Below, one piece after another: positions 1 to 9,469 of a DNA stretch of 64,000 nucleotides (within the stretch, counting starts at the first letter, position 1; every line of letters starts with the position of its first letter). Made by a program: the position numbers and the translations under genes. The notes below the pieces were generated by a model that was not told where the DNA came from, made no database searches, and saw only the letters and a program-made list of their open reading frames with translations. Origin of the DNA: an uncultured Phycisphaeraceae bacterium (GTDB lineage: Bacteria > Planctomycetota > Phycisphaerae > Phycisphaerales > UBA1924); contig CAZSZO010000006.1 of the NCBI GenBank assembly GCA_964611125.1, forward strand, positions 1 through 64,000, written 5' to 3'.

Positions 1-131
1 GAGCGCTCGCTGGCGGGCGCCGGCCCGGTGAGATCGGCGCGCTCAGCGCGATCGGGTTGAGCGCATCCGAGCAGCGCGGCTGAGCACACGGCGAGTGAGA
101 GGGTCACGAGGCGCATGGCGTTGGTCATCAT
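1..131 (-). CDS. Putative lipoprotein, N-terminal fragment; the gene continues past the window start
   Basis: Reverse-complement of 1-131 reads MMTNAMRLVTLSLAVCSAALLGCAQPDRAERADL... with a lipobox-like LLGC after a hydrophobic stretch. It is open to the window edge and is not in the ORF track because it is truncated. Confidence 0.3.
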   Translation of the reverse strand, partial: MMTNAMRLVTLSLAVCSAALLGCAQPDRAERADLTGPAPASER

Positions 132-177
132 CACGGGTATTGGTCCTGAGGGCCGATGAGGTTGCAACCGCGGCGCG

Positions 178-1533
178 TCAGCCGGACGCGGCGTCCTCCC
201 TGGGCTCGGGGATCACGAGGCAGATCGCCAGCCCGGGGAGGAAGAGCAACCCGCTCCACCAGATCGCCCCCGAGTCGCCCAGGGTGTTGATCAGGAGGCC
301 TCCGCCCAAGGCGCCCGCTGCGGAGAAGAGTCGCCCGACATTGTACGTGAAGCCCGCCCCGAGTGTCCGCACCAGGGTCGGAAACAGCGGCGGGATATAG
401 AGCGGGAACATGCCGAACAGCCCCAGGCAGAAGAACGCCGTGAGGCAGAAGAGCAGCGTGACGTTGTCCTTGGTGATCGGCGGCGCCCAGGGAATGTACG
501 GGTGACCGTAGCCGATCGTGAAGACCAGCAGGCCCCCCAGCATGTACAGGAAGAACGTCTTGCGGTAGCCCAGGAACATGGCGATGTGCGTGCCGACGAA
601 GTTGGCGATGATGTTGGTGACGAGGTAGGCGATCGTGACGTCGCTGGCGAAGGCGGTGCGCTCGTTGTCGGGTATGCCGGGGAGCTTGCGGATGAGCTGC
701 GGCCCGAAGTAGAGGAACGCCCAGACGGTGGTGAGGGCGATCGAGGTCAGGGCGGTCAGCAGCAGCGTTGTGCGGGCCAGCCCGCCCTGAAACAGGGCCG
801 ACATCGGCGGCGGCGCCGAGCGGCTCTTGGCCTCGCTCCAGCGCTCAGGCTCGGGCACGGCCCAGCGGATCCACAGGGTGAGCAGCGCGGGCGCGACGCC
901 GACCAGGAAGACCCAGCGCGGCTCCAGCGGCTCGCCGCCGATGGTGATGAGCGAGAACTGCTTGGCCGTCAGCACCGCCCCCATCATGCCCACCATGTAC
1001 CCGCTCTGGAGCGCTGCGCTGGCCCAGGCGCGATGCCGGCGCGGCAGGACCTCGCTCACCAGCGCGGCGCCCGCCGCCCATTCCCCGCCGATCCCCAGGG
1101 CCGCGATGAACCGGAAGATCAGCAGGTGCCACCACGACTGCGCGAAGAACGTCAGGCCCGTGAACAGGGCGTAGCACAGGATGGTCAGCGTCAGCGTGCG
1201 GCAGCGGCCCAGGCTGTCGCCCAGGCGGCCGAAGATCGCTCCGCCGAGGGCCCAGCCGACCAGAAACACGCACTGGACGAGCGCCGCCGTCTGCTCCGTC
1301 GCGCCCGCCGGCACAAGCCCCTTGCCGTAATCGTTCTCGAGAAGCTGGCGGACATAGGGGAGCGCCACAATGACATACAGGTAGCCGTCAAGCCCATCAA
1401 AGCACCAGCCGAGGAACGCCACGATGAGGGCCTTCCACTCGCGCGTGCCGAGGTGCTGGGGAGCGGCGGCTTCGGATTGCATGAGCCCGAGCGTAGCAAA
1501 ATCGGCCACCGGGCGGAGCCGACAGCTCCTCAC
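178..1533 (-). CDS. Major facilitator superfamily (MFS) transporter
   Basis: 451-aa ORF with about 12 hydrophobic segments. It has MFS-like motifs (GRLGDSLGRCRTL between TM2 and TM3; GWCFDGLDGY). It starts at the first Met of the ORF. Confidence 0.8.
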   Translation of the reverse strand: MRSCRLRPVADFATLGLMQSEAAAPQHLGTREWKALIVAFLGWCFDGLDGYLYVIVALPYVRQLLENDYGKGLVPAGATEQTAALVQCVFLVGWALGGAIFGRLGDSLGRCRTLTLTILCYALFTGLTFFAQSWWHLLIFRFIAALGIGGEWAAGAALVSEVLPRRHRAWASAALQSGYMVGMMGAVLTAKQFSLITIGGEPLEPRWVFLVGVAPALLTLWIRWAVPEPERWSEAKSRSAPPPMSALFQGGLARTTLLLTALTSIALTTVWAFLYFGPQLIRKLPGIPDNERTAFASDVTIAYLVTNIIANFVGTHIAMFLGYRKTFFLYMLGGLLVFTIGYGHPYIPWAPPITKDNVTLLFCLTAFFCLGLFGMFPLYIPPLFPTLVRTLGAGFTYNVGRLFSAAGALGGGLLINTLGDSGAIWWSGLLFLPGLAICLVIPEPREDAASG

Positions 1534-1569
1534 GCCGCGTCACACCCCCCCGCGACCCGGGAACTCGGT

Positions 1570-2964
1570 ATGCTGGACCGCATGCGCACCATGACGCTCG
1601 CGGCGGCGGCGGTCGGGTTGGTCTCTTGGGCGTTCGCGGTTCCCCGCGCGGCCTGCGGGCAGGACCAGCCGGTCGCCTTTGTCGGCGCCACGCTGCTGCC
1701 CGTCACGGGCGCGCCCATCGACAAGGGCGTGCTCGTCGTTCATCGGGGCAAGATTCTGGCCATCGGCCCGGCCGACTCAGCGCCCATTCCACCCGGCGCG
1801 ACGCAGATTGACGCGTCGGGCAAGGTCATCATGCCCGGGCTGGTCGACACGCACAGCCACATCGGCGGCGTCGGCGGGGCTGACGGCGCGGCCCCGATCC
1901 AGCCCGAGGTGCGGGTCTACGACTCGCTGAACATCCGCGACAGCGGCTTCCGGCGGGCCGTGGCCGGCGGGCTGACCACGCTCAACATCATGGCCGGATC
2001 GGGCCACCTGCTCTCGGGGCAGACGGTGTACGTCAAGCTGCGGTCGATCGCGACGGCCGCCAAGATCGAGGACATTGTGTTCCGCGCCGCCGATGGGTCG
2101 ATCGCGGGCGGCATGAAGATGGCCAACGGCACCAATTCGATCGGGGCGCCGCCATTTCCAGGGACGCGGGGCAAGTCCGCGGCGCTGGTGCGCGAGCAGT
2201 ACCTGAAGGCTCAGGACTACGCGGCGCGGGTGAACCGGGCGGTGAAGAAAAACGAAGCGGGCGACGAGGTCCCTGATCCCGAGAAGCGGCCGGCCCGCGA
2301 CCTGGCGATGGAGGCGCTGATCGAGGTCATCTCAGGCCGGCGGATCGTGCAGCACCACACCCACCGCTCCGATGACATCATGACGGTCCTGCGGCTGGCT
2401 GATGAGTTCAAGTTCCGCGTGGTGCTGCACCACGTCAGCGAGGCGTGGAAGGTGGCGGGCGAAATCGCGGCGGTCGATGTCGGCTGGGCCGGCAAGGGCG
2501 TCAAGGGCGCGCCCTGCTCGATCATCGTCATCGATAGCCCGGGCGGCAAGCTCGAAGCCGCGGAGATGACCTGGGAGAGCGGCGCGATCCTGGAGCGGGC
2601 GGGCGTGACCGTGGCGTTCCACACCGACGACTGGATCACCGATTCGCGGCTCTTCCTGCGGAGCGCGGCCCTCGCGGTGCGGGCGGGGATGTCGAGGGAG
2701 GGCGCCCTCGCGGCGCTCACGATCAACGGGGCGAAGATGCTCGACCTGGAGGACCGCGTAGGTTCCCTCGAGCCCGGGAAGGACGCCGACATCGTGATCC
2801 TCACCGGCGACCCGCTGAGCGTCTACACCAAGGTCGAACAGACCTGGGTGGAGGGCGTCAAGGTCTTCGACCGCGCTGACCCCAAGGACCGGCTTTACGC
2901 CGTGGGCGGTTTCGGCGCGGGGCATGACCAGGCGCCATACCTGTGCTGCACCGGGCAGCGATGA
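1570..2964 (+). CDS. Secreted amidohydrolase-family metal-dependent hydrolase (imidazolonepropionase/Xaa-Pro dipeptidase-like)
   Basis: Internal start MLDRMRTMTLAAAAVGLVSWAFA gives a signal peptide. The first 356 codons of the 820-aa ORF are antisense to the MFS gene. It has the VDTHSHIGG metal-binding motif and the downstream HH..H pattern typical of amidohydrolases. Confidence 0.8.
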   Translation: MLDRMRTMTLAAAAVGLVSWAFAVPRAACGQDQPVAFVGATLLPVTGAPIDKGVLVVHRGKILAIGPADSAPIPPGATQIDASGKVIMPGLVDTHSHIGGVGGADGAAPIQPEVRVYDSLNIRDSGFRRAVAGGLTTLNIMAGSGHLLSGQTVYVKLRSIATAAKIEDIVFRAADGSIAGGMKMANGTNSIGAPPFPGTRGKSAALVREQYLKAQDYAARVNRAVKKNEAGDEVPDPEKRPARDLAMEALIEVISGRRIVQHHTHRSDDIMTVLRLADEFKFRVVLHHVSEAWKVAGEIAAVDVGWAGKGVKGAPCSIIVIDSPGGKLEAAEMTWESGAILERAGVTVAFHTDDWITDSRLFLRSAALAVRAGMSREGALAALTINGAKMLDLEDRVGSLEPGKDADIVILTGDPLSVYTKVEQTWVEGVKVFDRADPKDRLYAVGGFGAGHDQAPYLCCTGQR

Positions 2965-3070
2965 GAATCGTCATCAGGGGCCCCGCCACACACACACCCA
3001 AACCCACTCCCCCGGCATCTACCCCCCACCCTCCCGGCACCCACCCCCGGCACCTGAGCACGAGGCGATC

Positions 3071-4402
3071 ATGAGCGTTCAAAAGCAACTGGCGAGAGTC
3101 CTGACGGCGGGAATCGTGGCGATCCTGATCGGCGCGGGGCCTGCCGCGGGTCAGGTCGCGGTGAGGGCCCGCACCCTGCACACCATGGGCCCGGCGGGGG
3201 CGATCTCCGATGGGGTGATCGTCTGCAGGGATGGGAAGATCGTCGCCGTCGGTCCCGCCGCGAGCACGAGCATTCCCGAGGGCTTCCGCGTGATCAGCGC
3301 GCAGGTGGCCGCTCCCGGCCTGATCGACGCCCACTGCACCATCGGGCTCTCGGGCATCTTCAACCAGCGGCATGATTCGGATCAACTCGAGTCCTCCTCG
3401 GCCATCCAGCCCGAGCTGCGGGCCCTCGACGCGTACAACCCGCAGGAGCCGCTGGTGGCCTTCGTCCGCTCGCTGGGGGTGACGACGATCAATACCGGTC
3501 ACGCCCCGGGCGAGCTCATCAGCGGGCAGACGATCATCGTCAAGACCGTGGGCAACACCGTTGGCGAGGCGCTCGTGCGCGAGCCCGGCGCCATCTGCGC
3601 CACGATCGGGCCCGACGCCACCCGCCCCGGCGGCAACCCGGGCACGCGCGGCAAGGGAATGTCGATGCTCCGCGAGCAGCTCCTCAAGGCCCGCGAGCAC
3701 CTCGATCGCCTTGAGCGCTGGGAAAACCAGAAGGACCAGCCGGCCAAGGCGGGCGACGGGCCTGTGGATGAAGACGCCGGAGCGACGGGCGGCCCGGGCG
3801 GAACAGGCGATGCCAAGGCGAGCCGGGGCGGCCCGCCGGATCGCAACCTTCGCCTGGAGACCCTCGGCCGCCTGCTCAAAGGCGAAGTGCCCCTGCTCGT
3901 GACGGTGCAACGGGCCCAGGACATCGACAGCGCGCTGCGGCTGGCCGAGGAGTTCAAGATCAGGATCTGGCTCGATGGCGCCGCGGAGGGCTTCCTGCTG
4001 ATCGACCGCATCAAGGCCAGCGGGGCGCCGGTGATCATCCATCCGCCCATGATGCGGGCGTATGGGCTGATGGAGAACGCGTCATTCGAGACCGCCGCCA
4101 AGCTGGTCGCGGCGGGCGTGCCGGTCGCCCTCCAGGCCGGGTACGAGGCCTATGTGCCCAAGACGCGCGTCGTGCTCTTCGAGGCCGCGGTGCTGGCGGC
4201 CAATGGGCTGACGTTTCAGCAGGCCCTGGCCACCATCACCATCGACGCGGCGAAGATCCTCGGCGTCAGCGATCGGGTGGGGTCGCTCGAGGTCGGCAAG
4301 GACGGCGACATCGCCCTGTACGACGGCGACCCGTTCGAGTACACCAGCCACTGTGTGGCGACCGTTATCGGCGGACAGGTGGTCTTCGAGGGCAAGCGAT
4401 AG
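3071..4402 (+). CDS. Secreted amidohydrolase-family hydrolase, paralog of the upstream gene
   Basis: Start MSVQKQLARVLTAGIVAILIGAGPAAGQ gives a signal peptide. It has the LIDAHCTIG motif and the same architecture as 1570-2964. It carries an internal low-complexity insert (DGPVDEDAGATGGPGGTGDAKAS). Confidence 0.8.
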   Translation: MSVQKQLARVLTAGIVAILIGAGPAAGQVAVRARTLHTMGPAGAISDGVIVCRDGKIVAVGPAASTSIPEGFRVISAQVAAPGLIDAHCTIGLSGIFNQRHDSDQLESSSAIQPELRALDAYNPQEPLVAFVRSLGVTTINTGHAPGELISGQTIIVKTVGNTVGEALVREPGAICATIGPDATRPGGNPGTRGKGMSMLREQLLKAREHLDRLERWENQKDQPAKAGDGPVDEDAGATGGPGGTGDAKASRGGPPDRNLRLETLGRLLKGEVPLLVTVQRAQDIDSALRLAEEFKIRIWLDGAAEGFLLIDRIKASGAPVIIHPPMMRAYGLMENASFETAAKLVAAGVPVALQAGYEAYVPKTRVVLFEAAVLAANGLTFQQALATITIDAAKILGVSDRVGSLEVGKDGDIALYDGDPFEYTSHCVATVIGGQVVFEGKR

Positions 4403-4492
4403 CGAGCGACCGCCGCCACCGCGCGCCGGGGCGCCGGGCCGTCGGGCCAGGCCCCTGGGCCGTCGGGTCTCAACCGTCCGTACCCTTGAGGC

Positions 4493-5368
4493 ATGGTTCG
4501 CATCGGCTATGTCAAGTACTTGAACACCCTGCCCCTCGTGCACGGGCTGGAATCCTGGCGCGAGGTGGAGCTGCACGCCGCGGCGCCGGCGAAGCTTGTG
4601 GGCATGCTCACGGGCGACCCGGCCGATGGGGGCAGTGGGGGCGTGCCGAGCATCGATATCGGCCTGGTGTCGCTGATCGACGCCGCGCGGGCTGCGCGGG
4701 AGCTGTCGCTGATCCCGGTGGGGATGATCGGGTGCGATGGGCCGACGCTCACCGTCCGGCTCTTCAGCGGCGTCCCGCTGGAGCGGGTCACGACGGTGCA
4801 CGCCGATACCGACAGCCACACGTCGGTAGCGCTCTGCCGGGTGCTGCTGGCCAACCGCTTTGGGGTGACGCCCAGGATCATTGATTTCGACGCCCGCGAG
4901 CGCACCTTGGTGGGCGCGCGGAGCCCGGCCCCCGACGACCCTGCGGGCGAATGGCCCGAAACGCTCCTGATGATCGGCGACAAGGTCGTCACCGATTCGC
5001 CCCCCGCCGTGCGCTACCCGCATCAGCTCGATCTGGGCGACGCGTGGAAGGCCTGGACCGGCCTGCCGTTCGTGTACGCGACCTGGATGTGCCGCAGCGA
5101 GGACTGGGGCAAGCCTGAGATCGTCGCCGCCGCGGATCTGCTTGATCGCCAGCGCCTGCGGAACACGCTGCGGCTCGACTGGGCGGTCGACCGCTTCGCG
5201 GCGGAGAAGGGCTGGCCGGCCGACCTGGCCCGAATGTACCTGGGCAGCTATCTGCGGTATGAGGTCGGCCCGCGCGAGCGGGAGGCCGTGGCCCGGTTCT
5301 TCAGCGAGTGCGCTGCGATCGGGGCCATCGATCCGCAGCGCGCGGCCCGCGCCCAATGGGTCTCGTGA
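4493..5368 (+). CDS. mqnA: Chorismate dehydratase MqnA (futalosine pathway of menaquinone biosynthesis)
   Basis: The N-terminus MVRIGYVKYLNTLPLVHGL matches the MqnA/MqnD signature (R-I-G-x-I-x-Y-L-N-x-L-P-L). The length is 291 aa. Confidence 0.6.
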   Translation: MVRIGYVKYLNTLPLVHGLESWREVELHAAAPAKLVGMLTGDPADGGSGGVPSIDIGLVSLIDAARAARELSLIPVGMIGCDGPTLTVRLFSGVPLERVTTVHADTDSHTSVALCRVLLANRFGVTPRIIDFDARERTLVGARSPAPDDPAGEWPETLLMIGDKVVTDSPPAVRYPHQLDLGDAWKAWTGLPFVYATWMCRSEDWGKPEIVAAADLLDRQRLRNTLRLDWAVDRFAAEKGWPADLARMYLGSYLRYEVGPREREAVARFFSECAAIGAIDPQRAARAQWVS

Positions 5369-5395
5369 CGGGCCCCCGAAGCCTCTGAGAGGAGG

Positions 5396-7183
5396 GTGAC
5401 CGTGCCGGCGCTCCCCCGATTGCGAGTCTCGGCGTTGGCGGAGCTTGCTGAGCAGCTGAAGTTCGTCCCGCGCGAGGCCGCCCGCCGTCATGTCGAGAAC
5501 GCCGAGGGGCTGATCTTCGACGTGCAGGCCTCCGCCGCCTATCCCGAGGACTGGCTGGTGCAGCGGATCACCGGCTATCGCCCCGAGATCCGCGAGCCGG
5601 CCGTGATCGTCGGCGCGGCCCTGCTGGCCGACCTCGGGGCCATGGTCGAGCGGCTCAGTGAGCGAGCCGAGTTCGAGACTTCCGAACTCGCCGGCTGGCC
5701 TGGTGTGGGCGAGTTGTGCCAGCGCTGGGGCGTCTCGCGGCGCACGCTGGAGCGATTCCGGGCCCTGGGTCTGGCCGCCAGGCGAACCCGCAACGGGCCC
5801 GAGGAGGCCGCGCCAGGCAAGCAGGTGCTGCGATTCTCGCCACGGGTGGCCGCGTGGTTCGAGGAAGTCCACGCCGAGCGGCTGCGGGGGGCCGAGGCGT
5901 TCTCGCGGATCGATGCCGTTACGGCCGAGCGCATGGTCCGCCGGGCGGCGCGGTACCGTCGGAGGCTCGGCTGCACGCGCGCGGCGGTCGCCGAGCGACT
6001 CGCCCAGCGCTTTGGACGCAGCCCCGACGCGATCCGTCGCCTCCTCAAGCGGCACGACGAGCAGCAGGCGGCCGCCGGCGCCGCGATCATCTTTCCGCGA
6101 CCCGGCCCGGCGACCGAGCGCCAGAGCCGATTGATCGAGCGGGCCACGCGCTGGCGCGGCGTGGGCATCGATATGGCCCTGATCGCCCGCCGGGCCGGCA
6201 AGTCGGCGGCGTCGGTGCACCGCATCGCGCTCGAGCAGCGGGCCGCGCTGCTGCGGGCGCTCGATCTGGAGGGGCCGACAGCGCCGGCCTTCGCGGCCCT
6301 CAGCGGCCCGGGGGGTGGGGGGCGCGCCGAGGGCGAGCGGCGGTTCCTCAGCTCAGCCTGGGTCCGCGAGGGGCTCGGGCGGCCCGGCGCCGACAGCGTC
6401 CCGGAGTTCATCGCCCAGGCCCTCGCCCATGGCTGGCCCGACCCGGCCCGCGAGCGGGCCATGGCCATCGCGATGGCCTTCCTTCGCCGCCGGGCCCGCG
6501 AGGCGATCGGCACGCTCCCCGCCCACGGCCCCGGCGCGGCGGAGATCGACGCCATCGTGACGGACCTGCGCTGGATCGTCCGCCTTAAGTGCGAACTGGT
6601 CCGCGGCGAGGGGATGCTGCTGCTCAAGACGGTGGAAGGACGGCTGGGCAGGCCGCTGGCCGACCTGCCGCCCCGCCCCGCAGCCCGGCTGCTCATGCTG
6701 TCACTTGAGGCCGTCGCCGGCCCGGGCGGAGCCGTCGACCGGTACGACCCGTTCAAGGGCGGGCGCCTCGCGGCCCCGGCCGGCCTCGCGCTGAACCGGG
6801 CGATCTCGCGCTGGACCACCGGCGAGGGGGCGGTCTGGGTCGCGGGGGCTCCCCACGGGCGCGAGAGCGGCGCGCCCACCGGTCGGGCCACGCGGATCGA
6901 GCACGATCCCCCGGCGCTCGACGATTGGACCCGCGCCGTGGCGCCCTGGCAGATGTGGACCGAGCCGCCGGCCGCGCTGTGGAGCGCGCTCGAACACGCG
7001 CCGGAGGCCGACCGGCTGCTGTTGCAACGGCGGTACGGGTGGCTCATCGCCCCGCCGACGAGCACCCTGGCGCTGGCGGAGTCGCTGCGGATCCGGGCCG
7101 AACAGGTGACGCGGGCCGAGCGGCGCGCGGTCCGCCGCGCGCTGGCGCCGGCCGTGGGAGCCAGCGCGGGCCGGCCGGACTGA
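5396..7183 (+). CDS. Hypothetical regulator with several sigma-70 region-4-like helix-turn-helix segments
   Basis: 595-aa ORF with HTH-like stretches LCQRWGVSRRTLERFRALGL and TSTLALAESLRIRAEQVTRAERRAVRRAL. It has a clean codon-usage frame. No catalytic motifs were recognised. Confidence 0.5.
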   Translation: MTVPALPRLRVSALAELAEQLKFVPREAARRHVENAEGLIFDVQASAAYPEDWLVQRITGYRPEIREPAVIVGAALLADLGAMVERLSERAEFETSELAGWPGVGELCQRWGVSRRTLERFRALGLAARRTRNGPEEAAPGKQVLRFSPRVAAWFEEVHAERLRGAEAFSRIDAVTAERMVRRAARYRRRLGCTRAAVAERLAQRFGRSPDAIRRLLKRHDEQQAAAGAAIIFPRPGPATERQSRLIERATRWRGVGIDMALIARRAGKSAASVHRIALEQRAALLRALDLEGPTAPAFAALSGPGGGGRAEGERRFLSSAWVREGLGRPGADSVPEFIAQALAHGWPDPARERAMAIAMAFLRRRAREAIGTLPAHGPGAAEIDAIVTDLRWIVRLKCELVRGEGMLLLKTVEGRLGRPLADLPPRPAARLLMLSLEAVAGPGGAVDRYDPFKGGRLAAPAGLALNRAISRWTTGEGAVWVAGAPHGRESGAPTGRATRIEHDPPALDDWTRAVAPWQMWTEPPAALWSALEHAPEADRLLLQRRYGWLIAPPTSTLALAESLRIRAEQVTRAERRAVRRALAPAVGASAGRPD

Positions 7184-7201
7184 GGCCCTCAATACTCATG
7201 C

Positions 7202-8179
7202 ATGAGCCGCGGCTTTTCAACTCGGGCCCGTCAGGGGCCGGCGGGTCGCTCCGCGTGGGTCTTCCACGCGGGGGCGCTGGGCGATTTCGTGCTCATCTGG
7301 CCCATGCTGCGGGCCTTGGTCAACGGCGGGCGTGACGTGACGGTGGTGGCGCCGGCGAGCAAGGCGGCACTCGCCGCGGCGGAGCTGGGCGTGAAGCAGC
7401 AGCACAGCGAGATTCCGCGGTTCTCGCGCATGTGGGGCGGGCCGGCGGGCGTCAAGCCGTCGGAGATCGAGCAGGGCGTGAGCGAGGTGTACAGCTTCGT
7501 GGCTGATGCCGGCGCCGCACCGGAAGCCGACCGGCCGCAACAGCCGGACACGCCGGATCGGCGCTGGCTGGCCGCGGCGGAGCGGATGTTCCCCGGGGCC
7601 CGGGTGGTGAGCGTGGGCCCGCCGGGGTCGGCGTCGCGGGCCGCGGCGTGGCGGGTTGCTGGCGCCGGGGGCCCGGGGGCGCGAGTTCCGCTCGAGCACA
7701 ATCCTGACGGCCCGCTGGTGCTGCACGTGGGCGCGGGGAGCGCCGCGAAGCGCTGGCCGATGGATCGGTGGGCCGCGTTGGCGCAAGCCGCGGGCGGGGC
7801 GGGAGCGCTGGTGGCCCCCGGCGAGCCGCCGATCGAGCGGATGACGGTGCTGGCGGGCGAAGTTGAGGAGGAGCAGTTCACCCCGGGCGAGCGGCGGCTG
7901 TTCGCGGCGCTGGGCGGGCGGTTCATCGACAAGCTGGGCGTGCTCGTGGGCGAAGTGCGCTCGGCCCGCCTGTTCATCGGCGCCGATTCGGGCCCGGCGC
8001 ACCTCGCCGCGCAGCTTGGCGTGCGGACGCTCGCCCTCTTCGGCCCCACCGACCCGGTTGTGTGGGCCCCGGTCGGCCCCGCGGCTCGGGTGCTGGCCCC
8101 GGAGTCGCCGCAGCCGATGACCTGGCTGCCCCCCGCGGCGGTGCTGGACGCGGCGCGGGCGCTGGTGAGTGTGGTGTAA
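7202..8179 (+). CDS. Glycosyltransferase family 9 (LPS heptosyltransferase-like)
   Basis: N-terminal FHAGALGDFVLIWPML and C-terminal GADSGPAHLAAQLGVRTLALFGPTDPVVWAP are characteristic of ADP-heptose:LPS heptosyltransferases. Confidence 0.7.
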   Translation: MSRGFSTRARQGPAGRSAWVFHAGALGDFVLIWPMLRALVNGGRDVTVVAPASKAALAAAELGVKQQHSEIPRFSRMWGGPAGVKPSEIEQGVSEVYSFVADAGAAPEADRPQQPDTPDRRWLAAAERMFPGARVVSVGPPGSASRAAAWRVAGAGGPGARVPLEHNPDGPLVLHVGAGSAAKRWPMDRWAALAQAAGGAGALVAPGEPPIERMTVLAGEVEEEQFTPGERRLFAALGGRFIDKLGVLVGEVRSARLFIGADSGPAHLAAQLGVRTLALFGPTDPVVWAPVGPAARVLAPESPQPMTWLPPAAVLDAARALVSVV

Positions 8180-8409
8180 CCGCAACTGGTTGGCCTGCTC
8201 CCCAGGCCCGGTGCTGGCGCCAGTCATGCGCCATGTGAGCATTTCGCCTTATTATGCTGGCTTGGCTTGACGCGACTCCATCATGTGTTATGCTTCGCCC
8301 CACTTGCCGCCAATTGCCCTTTTTCCGGCTGGCTGCAAGGTTCCGAATCCAATCCCCTCAGCCTGACGAAAGATTTCTCGTGAACTCCTCCCTCCGCCTA
8401 GACAACCCG

Positions 8410-8604
8410 ATGCACAGCGGCCAACAGGCGCCAGCGTTTGGTACGGCGATTGGCGTGGCGTTCGGCGTGGCCATGTGCGACGGCAGCCTGCCGGAAGCCG
8501 CGCAGGCTGGGGCCCTGGGGCGTATTGACGGGAAGTCCTGGTATTCAGGCTTGTTCGGCGATCGCCCGAGCTCGGTTGCTGCAACACAGGTCCTTCTGCG
8601 GTAA
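8410..8604 (+). CDS. Small hypothetical protein (64 aa)
   Basis: An internal Met (MHSGQQAPAFGTAIGVAFGVAMC...) within ORF 8254-8604 has one hydrophobic segment. A strong inverted repeat and a T-rich tract follow immediately at 8628-8672. Support is weak. Confidence 0.25.
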   Translation: MHSGQQAPAFGTAIGVAFGVAMCDGSLPEAAQAGALGRIDGKSWYSGLFGDRPSSVAATQVLLR

Positions 8605-8627
8605 CGACGATCCTCCCCCAAGGTTGA

Positions 8628-8672
8628 TCGCGGCCCCGGAGGGATCCCTCCGGGGCCGCTTGCGTTTTGGCC
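8628..8672 (+). terminator. Intrinsic-terminator-like hairpin
   Basis: gcggccccggaggga/tccctccggggccgc is a perfect 15-bp inverted repeat followed by ttgcgttttgg. Confidence 0.4.
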
Positions 8673-8954
8673 CTCACAGACTGAAGCCCGCTCGGCCAAG
8701 CCTGTCGAAGCCCCGCCGAACTCGCTGGCGTTTCTGATTTCGAATCGCACCCGTTCACGGTCCTCCGGAGCAGGAGTGGTCCTGCGCTCCTATCTCATCG
8801 TCACCATATTGGAGCATGACTCATGTTGATCTGATGTACTCGCCTCGACGCATCTCTCTCTTGCTTCACAGCGTCGCCGGAAGCACGCCTGGGCCGCACA
8901 TCTGTGCGTTGTCTTCGGCTGTTCTCCGCCGGCGTCGAGTTCGCTGCGAAGATC

Positions 8955-9030
8955 CACTCAGTAGCTCATTTGGCTAGAGCATCGCACCGTTAATGCGAAG
9001 GTAGCGGGTTCGACTCCCGTCTGATGCACA
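8955..9030 (+). tRNA. tRNA-Asn(GUU)-like element, possibly a pseudo-tRNA or att remnant
   Basis: D-arm TAGCTCATTTGGCTAGAGC is present. The anticodon stem TCGCA/TGCGA encloses loop CCGTTAA (anticodon GTT, but C at position 33). The T-arm is GCGGGTTCGACTCCCGT. The 3' acceptor CTGATGC is not fully complementary to the 5' side CCACTCAG (one bulge plus a terminal mismatch in my reading). Confidence 0.4.
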
Positions 9031-9469
9031 CGCCCAGTACGAGAGGAACGGCGCGCAGCACACAAGAAGTGGGTAGGGGGCGACTGCTCGTCAGGGCGTC
9101 GGCCGAGCCGGAGGGTGGACCGGTGGCGCACCGCGGCGTCGGGCTCAGCACGAGCCCGGTGCGCCGCTCGTGGGGACCACCATCCAGTCCGGCCTCGGCG
9201 CCGCCAGCCCGGCTTTGCGGCCGTCACGCCTCGCGGGGTCGCCCGCCGCCGCCCGTCTTCCGGCCCGCCTCGTCGCGTCCCGGTCGGCTCGGGAGCGGCG
9301 AGGCCCCCCGCGGGCCGCGGCTCCGCCGAGCGCTGCGGGACGTCCTGACCGCGGAGCTCCTTGCCCGCATTCTCTCTCCCCTTATCGCACCCGCGCCGCC
9401 GGCTGTCGCCGCGGCGCGGGTTTGAATCAGCCCCCGTTCCGCCTTCTTGTCCCTTCCTGGAGAAGCCCA

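Noticed and set aside
502-1569. 5' 356 codons of the 820-aa plus-strand ORF 502-2964
   Set aside because: This part is antisense to the MFS transporter and its translation is low-complexity. The real amidohydrolase starts at the signal-peptide Met at 1570.
2858-7065. Long minus-strand ORFs 2858-4042, 4082-6220 and 5575-7065
   Set aside because: They are antisense to the amidohydrolase, mqnA and regulator genes. Their R/A/P/G-rich translations are typical of high-GC shadow ORFs, and no motifs were found.
8254-8409. Upstream part of ORF 8254-8604
   Set aside because: There is no RBS or coding signature. Only the distal 64 codons, followed by a terminator hairpin, look potentially real, and even that is low-confidence.
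9024-9469. Small plus and minus ORFs between the tRNA-like element and the SPFH gene (for example 9024-9425 and 8958-9470)
   Set aside because: They overlap on opposite strands, have Arg/Pro/Gly-rich translations and show no motifs. They are likely non-coding leader or spacer sequence.
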